Shown piece by piece: positions 22,783 through 33,104 of a DNA stretch of 64,000 nucleotides; positions within the stretch are counted from its first letter, which is position 1, and every line of letters starts with the position of its first letter. Below the pieces are notes generated by a model. That model searched no databases and was not told the origin of the DNA. It worked only from the letters and a program-made list of their open reading frames with translations. The translations under genes were made by a program, and so were the position numbers. This DNA comes from Prasinococcaceae sp. CCMP 1430. Lineage: Eukaryota; Plantae; Prasinodermophyta. The DNA lies in the NCBI GenBank assembly GCA_013416795.1, contig RQSC01000028.1, positions 128,223 through 192,222 on the forward strand, written 5' to 3'.

Positions 22783-23738
22783 GGCTGGCACACGTGTGCC
22801 AGCGCTGCCGGCGAACGGGGCGCGTGAGCAGAGCGGCTGTTGTCAGCACGGGTGCGCAACGCCACACCGCGAGGCCCCGCGCGCGGGGCAGAAGCGACGG
22901 ATGTGAGCGGTGGCGACCGAAACGGGGCGACAGGAGCGGAGGGGGCCGCTGAGTTGGTGGAGGCTTGCTGGCGGTAGCTCTCGCGCACCAGTGGCGCTCC
23001 GCAGCGCCGAGGCCAGCCAAAAAAAAAAACGGGGGAAACGAGCGGGAAAACGCCGGAGCAGCGCGCGCGCGCGCGCCACGCTCGCTGCCGAGAGCCGCGC
23101 GGGCGCGCTCGAGCGAGCGCAACGGGAAGGGAGCTGGAGAGGACGGGATGCAATCGCGCGCGCCTCCTTGCGTGCTCATCCCCGCGGCGGTCCCAGCTAC
23201 GCCAGGCGCGAGCGAGGGGGGGGCGAGGGGGGCGCGGGGGATGCTGCTCCGCGCGCGCGCGCTGCCTCCGAACAAAAACGACGCGCGCCAAAAAAAAAAA
23301 AAATCCTGCCCCCTCGCAGCGCGGCCGGCGCGCGCGCTCTGCCGGCCGCAGCGCCGCGCCCCTCTGCGGCAGCGGTCAACGCGCCCGATGTGGCCGAGGA
23401 TGGAACCCACAATTCACAGCAACATCGGAATCCAAATCTCCGTGTAAATGCATTACACATCGGGGCGAAATACATGGAATCCGAATGGACCTGCGCGCAC
23501 AAATCCGGAATCCATTCGGAGAGACGTTCCGCGCCCGCCTGCGTTTTGATGGCGTTTCGGCGCCGGCTTTGGCCCGGCGCTGGGCGTTGACGATGTAAAA
23601 CAGACCCGTTGTATCATACTGTAGACCTCAAAAGCGAACCGTAACCACGCGCCAGGTGAAGAGCGGTTCGGGCGAGCACGCGGGCGGCGGTTGGGGGAAC
23701 GCAGCTGCGGTCGGGCGAACAACTGCCGCGCAGCCGTG

Positions 23739-23739
<1 letters not shown>

Positions 23740-23779
<40 letters not shown>
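23740..23779. repeat. 40-nt poly-G homopolymer
   Basis: Uninterrupted G run in the enkurin / secreted-protein intergenic region. Confidence 0.9.
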
Positions 23780-23780
<1 letters not shown>

Positions 23781-23912
23781 TGCAGCCCGCGGGCGCGGCA
23801 CACGGCGCGCGCGCGACGCCCGCAGGCACGGTGCGGATCTGCGTGCCCCTCTCGTCTCCTCTCCTCTCCTCGCCCGCGCCCGCCGCCCGCCCACCCGTTC
23901 CGCCCGCCCGCG

Positions 23913-24710
23913 ATGGGGGCCACGCGTTTTGCCGCGGCCGCGGCGCTCGCCGCCGTGCTCGCGCGCTGCGCGCCCGCCGCCGCGCAGATGACGGTGATGG
24001 GTAGCGCCGACCACGTCGTGCTCGACTACTTTGCGGGTGAGGACTGCTCAGGTAAGGTCACGACCCATGTCTGGCCGAAGGTCACAGAGTGCCAAGGCCC
24101 CTACATCGCGGCAGGGCCGGACGACGACGCCACGCACGACTACTGCTATGAAGGCGACAGCGAGTGCGACGGCGTCGACGTGGACGGCAAGATGGCGCCT
24201 GGCGACACCTTCTACACCAGCTATCGCACCGACTGCGAAGAGAAGATAACCCATCGCTGGGCTTTCACCGACGCCAAGTGCAAGAAGCCGATGGGTGGGA
24301 AGAAGAACCAGATCTTCATCGATTCCGCTCCTCTCGACAAGAGCTGCGTGACGATCTACGACCCCGACCACCAGGCGACGACCTACGACTACGACGACTC
24401 CGGCTACAGGTCCTTCAGGCACGTGAAGTCAGCGGCCTTAGAACGCCGGCGATGCGCCTCTTTCAGCTCGACGTCTCGTGCGTGCTACCTCCGCTCGCAT
24501 GCGCTTTGCCGTGGCGATACCCCTCGACCTTTTCGCGCACTTGCACAATCTTGCGTGTGCTATGCTGACAGGACTAGCCGCGCCGCCTATCTCGGTGCCA
24601 ATTGAAACAGGGGTGCCTGCACCTCCGACCTGCCGAGCGCGCCTGCGGCAGTCCCCAGCAAGAAGAAGAGCAAGAAGAAGAGCAAGAAGAGCAAGAAGAA
24701 GATGGCGTGA
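23913..24710 (+). CDS. Secreted Cys/Asp-rich protein with a Lys/Ser-rich C-terminal tail
   Basis: Signal peptide MGATRFAAAAALAAVLARCAPAAAQ. Exon 1 ends at about 24409-24418. The intron has a GCTGAC branch point and a CAG at 24610. Exon 2 is GACTSDLPSAPAAVPSKKKSKKKSKKSKKKMA*. Confidence 0.75.
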
Positions 24711-25120
24711 GAGCGCCTCGCGGAGATGCAGGGCCGCGCCGCTCTGGCCGCGCTAACGGCGCACGCGCAGCCCGTGCCCGGGTGCCGCGCGCTAGCTAGC
24801 TAGCCAGCCAGCGCACTGCCACAGGGCACATCACCCACCTGTGGCCACGTATCACACACACGTGAAATGATATAATAGTTTTACAGAACGAGCACACCTT
24901 AGTCCGACGACCAGGTGCGCCCTAATTCGTGGTGACTGAGGTGGTGGCGGTAGTGATGGCCAGCGGTACGGTGGCGGCGTGGCGGCGTTGCGGGCGCGGC
25001 CGCGCGAGGCGCTGGGCCGCGCGGTGGGCGGTCGAGAAGATCGCGTTCATTATTCGCGGCCTACGCGCCTTGCCGACGGGCGCTGGGCCGCACAAAAAAG
25101 ATTGGGAAGCTGGCGCAACG

Positions 25121-25780
25121 TCACCGTGTGCCGTCGTCGATGCGCTCGTCCAGGAAGCCGTCGTCCTCCGGCGCGTCCGGAGCATCGCCTCCCACGCCCG
25201 TTGCGACGGGTTTGGTGCCATCGGCGCCCTCTCCGAGCGCAGCTCGCGCGGCCGCTACCGCCTCGTCGTACCTGCTCATGCCCTGCAAGCCCTCGGCACG
25301 CTGCCGCCGCGCCCAGTCCCAGCTGTCGGAATGCGCACCAGCCGCGCCAGCTTCGCCTGCCTGCTCGAGGAGGCCCTCCTTCAGGCGCTGCGTGGCCGCC
25401 GCGATCATCTCGGGGGTGATTTCGTCCGGATCCTCCCTGCCCTCCGCGGCAGCCGCGGCCTCGCCCGCTGGCGTGTTTGTGACCAGGCGGCCCGCCGCAA
25501 AGCCCGTGCCTTCGCGCAGCGGTGTGGTGCCAAAGCGCGGCGCCGAGCGGATGATCTCGCGCAGCTCGAACGCCTTGTGCTTCGACCGCTTGCGGCCCTC
25601 CTCAATGCGCACTACGTCACCAACCTTCGCCGCCTCCGCTTCGTCGTGCGCCATGTACTTGCGCGTATCGCGAATCTTCACGCCGTACTTCGGATGCGTG
25701 CGCTCGAGACGCACCGCGACATTGATGGTCTTGTTCATCTTATCCGACACCACCACGCCGACCATCTGCTTGCGCACCAT
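25121..25780 (-). CDS. rps17: Organellar (probably mitochondrial) ribosomal protein uS17 with long C-terminal extension
   Basis: MVRKQMVGVVVSDKMNKTINVAV...HPKYG...KYMAHDE...KVGDVVRIEEGRKRSKHKAFEL is the bacterial-type S17 signature. There is no obvious transit peptide. Confidence 0.9.
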   Translation of the reverse strand: MVRKQMVGVVVSDKMNKTINVAVRLERTHPKYGVKIRDTRKYMAHDEAEAAKVGDVVRIEEGRKRSKHKAFELREIIRSAPRFGTTPLREGTGFAAGRLVTNTPAGEAAAAAEGREDPDEITPEMIAAATQRLKEGLLEQAGEAGAAGAHSDSWDWARRQRAEGLQGMSRYDEAVAAARAALGEGADGTKPVATGVGGDAPDAPEDDGFLDERIDDGTR

Positions 25781-26309
25781 TTTGGCGGGCAAGGAAAGGC
25801 GTACAGCCAGCCCGCGGAGGACCGCGACCCTGGGCCTGCAGCGAGCGGGCCCCCAGCGCCGCTCGCGCTCGCGTCCGGGGCGCCCGGCGGCGCGCTTAGG
25901 GCTCCACGCTCGCGCGCGGAGCTCCTCCCCCGCCTCCTCCCGCGCAGCCCTGCGGCGCCCGCGGCGCCCGCCTGTACGACCCCCCCGGCGCCCGCGCACG
26001 CACGCGCGCTGTGACACCCCCCCCGCACGCACACCTGCTCCGCTGCCGCCATCCAACGCATCGCCGCAATCCGATCTGACCTGCGACGTTAGTGAACTAC
26101 ATGTAAGAGGGTTTGCGGTAATTTTAATGTGATTTGACATTCACTGCGGGGAATGAACCCGATTGATGTTTGGGTTTGATACGCACCGCTCGCTCGGTCG
26201 CGCCAGCCGCCGCCGGCGCCGCCGCTGCGCTCCAGCTCGCCCAGCTGGGGCGCCGCGGGGGGAGGTGGGGGTCACACGCGGCGTGGGCGCGCGGGCCGGG
26301 GCCGCCGCG

Positions 26310-29300
26310 ATGGCGTCCGATGGCGGCAGCGGCGGCGCGGCAGCAGCCGCATGGGTGCCGTCGGATGCGGGGCTGAGCGCGGTGTGCCGAATGCTGCACG
26401 AGTATAACACGCCCGGCGCCAACCAGGCGCAGGTGTACGAGCAGCTCGAGGCCGCGCGCCGCTACCCGGACTTCAACAACTACCTCGCGCACGTGCTCTG
26501 TTGCGCGACCAACCAGCCGACCGAGTCGCGGCAGGTACGGCAGCGCATGGGCCCCTTCCCGCGCCACCGCACCAGCCACGGGTGCGCGATACACCTCGCG
26601 TCATCCCTGTTAAGCGCTGACGTCCCTGCTATGCGCCCGCTCGCCTTGCTCGCGCGAACGGATGCGTGCTCGCTCGCACGCGCGCGTGTACAGGCGGCAG
26701 GACTGCTGCTTAAGAACAACTGCCGCGGATCGTGGCGCGCGCTCGAGCCGCAGGTGTGCGCGTACGTGCAGGCGTGCATCATTGCGCTGCTCGCAGGTGC
26801 CGAGGCGCCCGCCGCGCTGCGCCGCACGGCGAGCAGTGTCGCTGCAGCCATAGCTATCCACTGCGCGGGGGGCTTTGGCGCCAGCAACGAGCGGATCCCC
26901 TGGCCCGAGCTGCCCGCTGCCGTTTTCGCCGCGATCGACAGCGGCGTGCCCGAGGTCGCGCTGGGCGCGCTCAACTGCGTGCAGCAGGTCTGCGAGGACA
27001 GCCCCGCGCTCTGGACGATGCCCAGCGCGCAAGGCACAGCCCCCCTTGCGGAGCTCTTGCCGCGGCTGCTGCGCGTGATCGAGGGCGGTGCAGGCGCGCT
27101 GTCAACGGAGGTCCTCGCGCAGCGCTACGCGTTGGGCGCGCTCAATGAGATGATTGCCCACGGCTCGGGCCATGCTCAGTCGCCGGCTGCCGACGTGATG
27201 GCCGCGCACCACGAGGCTTATCTGCGCGGCGTGGTGGGGCTGCGGCAGTCGCCGGACTCGGAGGTGCGCGGGCTCGTGAGCGCGGGGCTCACCCAACTTG
27301 TGACGCTCGCACCGCACGTGCTCGAGCCACACATGTCAGACGTCATTGAGATCATGCTTTTGGCGAGCCAAGACGGGGATGAGAGCGTCGCGCTCGAGAG
27401 CTCCGAGTTCTGGGCCGCGTTCTGCGAGGCGGAGGTGGAATCGGCGGTGCTGTGGCGGGTCGCTCCGCGGCTTGTGCCCGTGCTGCTTAAGAACATGGCA
27501 TACGCTGACGACGACGATGACCTCATTGCTGCTGAGGCTGAGGAGGCTGGCACGGGGCGCACGGGCAACGAGGCCTCGGAGCTGAAGCCCTTCCACGCTG
27601 GCGGGCGCGCTAAGGGCTTTGGCGAGGCGGGCGCGCAGGGCGCGGGCGGCATGCCCGACATGCCCGGCTGGGGTGACGGCACCGATGGCGGCGAGCACGA
27701 GGAGTTCGAGGGTAGCGATGACGACTTCGATGGCATCGGCGAATGGAACCTGCGCAAGAGCTCGGCGAGCTCGCTCGACGTGCTCAGCACGACCTTCCGC
27801 GGCCAGCTTCTACCGCTGCTCATGCCCGCGCTAGAGGCGCGCATGGCGGACCCCGACTGGCGGGCCCAGGAGGCGTGCATCCTCACGCTAGGGGCGATCG
27901 CGGAGGGCTGTGGCGATGCTATTGAGCAGTACCTGCCGACCATCATACCGTACGTGCTGAGCAAGCTGGAGCACCAAAAAATCTTGGTGCGGTCAATTTC
28001 GGCGTGGACATTGAGCCGGTACGCCAAGTGGCTGGCCACGGAGGCGCCGGGCGTGAGCGCTGAGGTCAAGGCAGCGCAGCAGCAGAAGGCGCTGGCAGCG
28101 CGCAAGACCAAGCCCACTCCCGTGCCCGACGGCCTGCTCGACGCTTCAATGCAGGCGCTGCTGTCGCATTTGGGTGACACTGGGCGGCGCGTTCAGGAGG
28201 CGGCGTGCTCAGCTCTCGCGCTGATGTGCGAGGCGTTTGATGACGCGTTGCTCGCGCGTTACTCGCCGGCGATGGCAGTGGGAATCGCGCACGCGGCGCC
28301 GAGGTACAGCCGGCGATCTATGCGCACCCTCTACGACCTTGTGGGCACCATGGGTGAGGCATGCGGGCTGGGGATGACCGAGGAAGTGGCAAGGCAGCTG
28401 CTGGAGCCATTCGCCAAGCGGCTGGACGACACGCCGGACACAGACGACGAGCTGCTGCCGCTGCTCGAATGCTTGGCGGGTCTCGCGAGTGCGCTGCGTG
28501 ACCGTTTCCGGCCTGCCGCGCAAGCGACATTCGCGCGCGCTGCAGCCATCGCAAGAAATCATGCCAGACTGCGTGAAGTAGGGGGGGATGCGGCGTACCA
28601 AACACAAGACTTTGCTGTGGCGGCGCTGGACCTGATGTCGGGAGTCGTGGAAGGCTTGGGCCCGAGCGCGGAGCCGTTGGTCGCTGCGTCGTGCCCTGCT
28701 GAGCTCTTACTTGCATCTTGCGCCGATCCGTCGGGTGACGTGCGACAGAGCGCCTTCGCGCTGCTCGGTGATGTGGCCAAGGCTTGCGCACCACACGTCG
28801 CCACGCGCGCGCCAGAGCTGTTGTCGCTCTGTGTGGCGACGATGCGGCCCGAGCTGCTGGCTGGCGGCCTGGGCGCTGTGTCAGTGTGCAACAACGCATG
28901 CTGGGCGGCAGGAGAGATGTGTGTTCGCGCGCAACAGCTGGGAAGCGATGCCCTATTATCGGCCGCGCCCCAGGTGGCCGCTGCCGCTGCCACGCTGCTG
29001 TTGGCTGTGAACCACCACAAGGACACCTATCGCCACCTCGGTGAGAACTGTGGCATCACGCTCGGGCGCTGTGCGCTGGTGGCAGCCGAGCATATCGCGC
29101 CACATGCCGGCGGCTTCTGCGTGCAGTGGTGCCGCGTGCTGGGCACGCTGCGTGACGACGTCGAGAAGCGACAGGGATTCGCGGGGCTGTGCGCCGCCAT
29201 GCAGCACTCGCCCCAGGCCTTCGTGAGCTGCGTGGAAGCGTTCTGCGTGGCGTGCGCCAGCTGGACTTCGGAGGGCAAGCTTGAGAGGTGCGTGGTGCCA

Positions 29301-29547
29301 TTCGTAGCGCTGAGCCATCCGTTCTGTGTGCGCGCGCACCCTCGGACTGGCGCGCGAAAGAACGCTGACCAGAGCGCGCGCGCGACGCTTTGCCGGCGCT
29401 CGCGAGCGCAGGCCGCTATGGGAGGCCGTGCGTGCAACGCTGGCTGGCTTCAGACAGCTCATGGGCGCGGAGTCGTGGGCGACTCTTATGGCAACAGTGG
29501 GGCAGCCGTGCGCCCAGAAGCTCGCGGCGCTGTATCAGCTCGAGTAA
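26310..29547 (+). CDS. TNPO1: Transportin-1 (importin beta-2)
   Basis: YPDFNNYLAHVL, R(Q)|AAGLLLKN, ESSEFWAAF, acidic H8 loop, EWNLRKSSASSLDVLS, VRSISAWTLSRY, DVRQSAFALLGD, VCNNACWAAGE. Introns 26535-26693 and 29288-29411. Confidence 0.93.
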
Positions 29548-29646
29548 CACGCGCGCGTCCGCTCACCCGCGCCTCGCGGGGGCGCGGGCACCGCTGCTGC
29601 CGCCGGAAGTAAAAGGAGGTTCGCTTGGCTTGATCGATCACCACTT

Positions 29647-31334
29647 CTACCGGTTTTTGAAGTGCACGAGGTACTCCACGTAGCTTTGGGCCTCCAGGAA
29701 GGTCGCGTAGATCTCGTTCGTCGTGCCGCGGCCTTGCATGACGGAAAAGTATCTGTCCGGCGGCTTGCGCATCTTTGGTGCGTGCACGCGCAGCACATCG
29801 GGTCGGGAGGGCGGAGGGGCAAGAGCACGGGTTCGTTGGTCAGCACTTCAGTGCGAGCACGCTCTCTATCGCGCCGGTGACGAGAGCGCTCGCATACGCA
29901 CGTTCGGCCTGCCCATGTTCTCGCCAACACGCCCGAGCTGCACTTTGCAGAGAGCCATCACCAGCTCGCCTGGCCGTACGTTCACCTCGGGCACGCCGCC
30001 CGTCGAGCCCGGCGCGTCGGGTGGCGGCGGCACTTTCGGCCCTCTCCCTCGACCTCCGCCCCCGTAGCGCCGGCGTCCGTACGCGGCCACGGCTCCACCC
30101 TGCTCGGCGTTATGCGCTGCCATGCTTGAATACGCCACGCTGTAGTGCGAGTAGCGCGCGAAATATGTGCCCGCGCCCATGGCGCCGCTCAGGTTGGACA
30201 CTCGGTCGTCGAAGCCGCCGGCGATGATACGCCGTAACGTGTTTGGATCCGCGCCGTGCCAGAGTTTCTGCTCGTTGGCCCCATCAGTGCAGTCTTCCTC
30301 GATCTCCTTCCTACGCGCCGTGTATTTGCGGTGCAGGCGCTCGTTCTGGACGCGTTGGATGCGCGTGACGGTGCAGCGCTGGGCGCTCGCGGAGCCGAAC
30401 CGGCCGTGCGTGTGCGGCATCTCGTAGAATCGCCGCAGCACCTCTTGGGCCTCCTCCCGCTCCTCGGGCGTGGCGTTTGAGACAATCGCAACGTCCTCGT
30501 CCTCGGCGTCCATCTGTCCACCGCATTCCTCCCACGTCTCTTGCACGAGCGCTGTGACAGCCTTTTCGTAGTCGTAGCCACCGACTGACGCAAGTACCCG
30601 CTGTGTCATTTCGCGGCAGTATGGTGGAAGCCAAGCCGTGTGGTCAGGCGGCGCAAGCTCGTGATCAGTACTACGCGCCAGCATCGCGATCTTCGGTGCA
30701 GCTGACGAGGTAGTAGGGATGCGCAGGTGGTGGGGTGCGAGGGTAGCGCAGCGCTACGTACCTCCGCGACAGCTCGGCTCGCGCCGTGCTCGTGGATGAG
30801 CATCTCAAGCGCCATCGCGTCCAGGGGCGTCTTCGCTGCGCCGAGACCGGAGCTGGAACTCCCACTGCCGCCGGGAGCGGGCTCTCCATGGCGCGCAGCG
30901 TTCACTGAGGGTATCGTCACTGGGAGATCCTGAAGGCTCACGGTCGTGCCATCGTGCATCTTGCTCCAATGCGCAGGCAGCGCGTCCTTGTCGCTCAGTT
31001 CACGCTTGAGCCGCTTGACTTCTCGCTCCAGCCGGCGAGTCTTCGCCCGCTCCTCGAAGTTTTCGGGGGGTGAGTGAAGTTCGACGAGGTCTTCTGGAGG
31101 ATGCCTGGCCGGTAGCGCTCGCGTGGCGGGTGTCGCGCCTACAAAGACACAGTCCTGCGAGTCTGGCGGCACCGCGGGTCCCGTACTCCTGCCGCCTGCC
31201 CGTGCCGCCTCCGGCCCTGGCGCGCTCGCGCCAACAATCACGCACTCGTCCGCGTCGTCATCACTACCTACCGCGGGAGACTTCTCATCGCTGCTGTCAA
31301 GCAAGGCGACTACCTCCGGCGGGTTCGCCATCAT
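29647..31334 (-). CDS. PARP catalytic-domain protein (probable mono-ADP-ribosyltransferase)
   Basis: Exons 31334-30762, 30690-29902, 29772-29647. IQRVQNERL, LWHGA, GFDDRVS...GAGTYFA...YS, MALCKVQLG and a terminal IYATF...QSYVEYLVHF. Confidence 0.85.
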
Positions 31335-31926
31335 CGCGGCTGCGCTCGGCCGCGCGCGCGGCCGCGCGGCCGCCGCCTCTCCGCGCCTGCGCCTACACTT
31401 CCGCGCCTGCGGCACGGCCCCTCTGCGCGTTGTCGAACGCGCGGCCGTGCAGGCAGGCGGGCCCGGCTCGCCGGCCCCGCCCGCGGCCCACCCCAGCAGA
31501 GAGAGAGAGAGAGAAAGAGGTGGAGGGGCGAGACAAAGATGCAGCAGCGGAGCCCCGCACGAGCGGCCGCGCAAGCGGGCGGGCGGTTCCAGCGCGTGCG
31601 CACGCGCACGCGCTGTGGCGCCTCGCACGCCCCCTCAGCGGCGGGTGTTGAACTCACCAACAACCCGAACTCAATGGTCGCAGCCAGCCATGCGGGGAAG
31701 CTTCTGGAGGGCCTCGCGGAGGGAGGCGGCGCTGGGCGCGCCACACTGCGCGCCGCCGCCAGCGGCGGGCCCGGGGGGAGGCGAGGGCGCCGCCTCCTCG
31801 GGACGACGCCCGCTCCCATTTGCCGCCCGTGTGGGGGAGAGGGGGCTCGCGCCGCCCTTTGCGCGCGCGCGCGCGCCGAGCGGCGCGGAGGAGCGTGCGT
31901 TGGGCACTTTCGGTGCGCGGCGACGA

Positions 31927-32776
31927 TGGACGCTGTCGCGTGAGGCGCGCAGCTGGGGCGCGCGGGGCCGCGCTCTCGCGTGCCCGGCCGCAGCTGCGGC
32001 GCGCGAAGCCTCGCGCTGCCGCACACGCAGCAGGCGGCAGCGGTGGCGTGGCGCCTGCTGACGAGCTACTCGCCACGGCCCCTGCGGCGAGAGTTGATGC
32101 TGCATACCGGGAGCTCTTTGCGGCCACGCCATCGTTCGATGAGCTCGACGCCATGCAGCGCGAGATGGACGCGCTGCTCTTCGGTGAGCGCGCGCGCCTG
32201 CTGCCGCCAGCTACTCCGGCCGCACCGTCGATCCGCGTCGGCGAGCGGCCCGGCCGAGCACTCCTCCCTGCCCCGAGCTATGGCTGGGAGCGTGAGGAGC
32301 GCGGTGAGCGAGAGCTGTACGACGCACCAGGCGGCCGCGCGACAGGATACTTGAAAACGTACACCTACGAGAGCGTGCGCGTGTACGGCGGCAGCCAGCA
32401 TACAAACGGGATCGCGACAATGAGCGCACCAGGCGCGGCTGCAGCAGTGCTTGCGGCCGCAGTAGCAGCGGCGTACGCCGCCACGTGCGCGCGCCTCGTC
32501 GCCAATCTCGACCGTACGACGCTCGGAAGCTGGGGGGGCGGCGCGGGTGGCTTGCTCGCCCGTGCGGCCGCCGTGTTGCTGTGGCCTGTGCTCGTGTTCG
32601 CGTCGCCACGCTTTCGTCTTCAGTTCGCGCGAGCTATGGCAAAGGGCAAGTCGGCTAGTGCTTCCGCGAGCGCAGCGGGTGCGGTCGGCGACGACCTCTC
32701 CGGTGGCACCACTGGCGCCGCACGTGGGGGCGGTGACAAGTGCGGACCAGACGAGCCGCCGCGGGGCACGCAATGA
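31927..32776 (+). CDS. Hypothetical, probably plastid-targeted membrane protein; start uncertain
   Basis: R/A-rich transit-like N-region and two hydrophobic segments ending LLWPVLVFASPRFRLQFARAMAKG. No in-frame ATG precedes the conserved-looking part. Confidence 0.55.
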
Positions 32777-33104
32777 GGGCGCGCATGAGCGCATGAAACC
32801 AAGCGGCTGAGGCTAGAGTGGCTGAAGGCGGCGGCGTGAGCACGACCGGCGCATGTAAGAAAGGTGGTGTACTGTGTGCTCGCGCGCACATGAGCAGCAG
32901 GCACGCTCACGCAGCCGCCTAGGAACCAGAGCGCGCGCGCATGGCGCCCCTTCGTGCCCCCAGGCGGGGGCGCGTGCGACTCCCCGGGCGATGCCGAGGG
33001 AGGGGGTCAGTGCGGCGCCGCGGGGCGCGCCGGTGGCGCCGCGGGTGCCATCTCTGTTGGCGCTGCCAGCGGCGCCGCCACCACTGCCATGCCAGGCGCT
33101 ACGC

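Noticed and set aside
23740-23779. Poly-G40 as a functional G-quadruplex
   Set aside because: It cannot be distinguished from a sequencing or assembly homopolymer artefact without reads.
236-26693. Several stop-free introns with length divisible by three (WD40, SLT-LysM, transportin)
   Set aside because: Read-through is expected in GC-rich DNA. Strong donors, branch points and restored homology support normal splicing, and there is no evidence of regulated retention.
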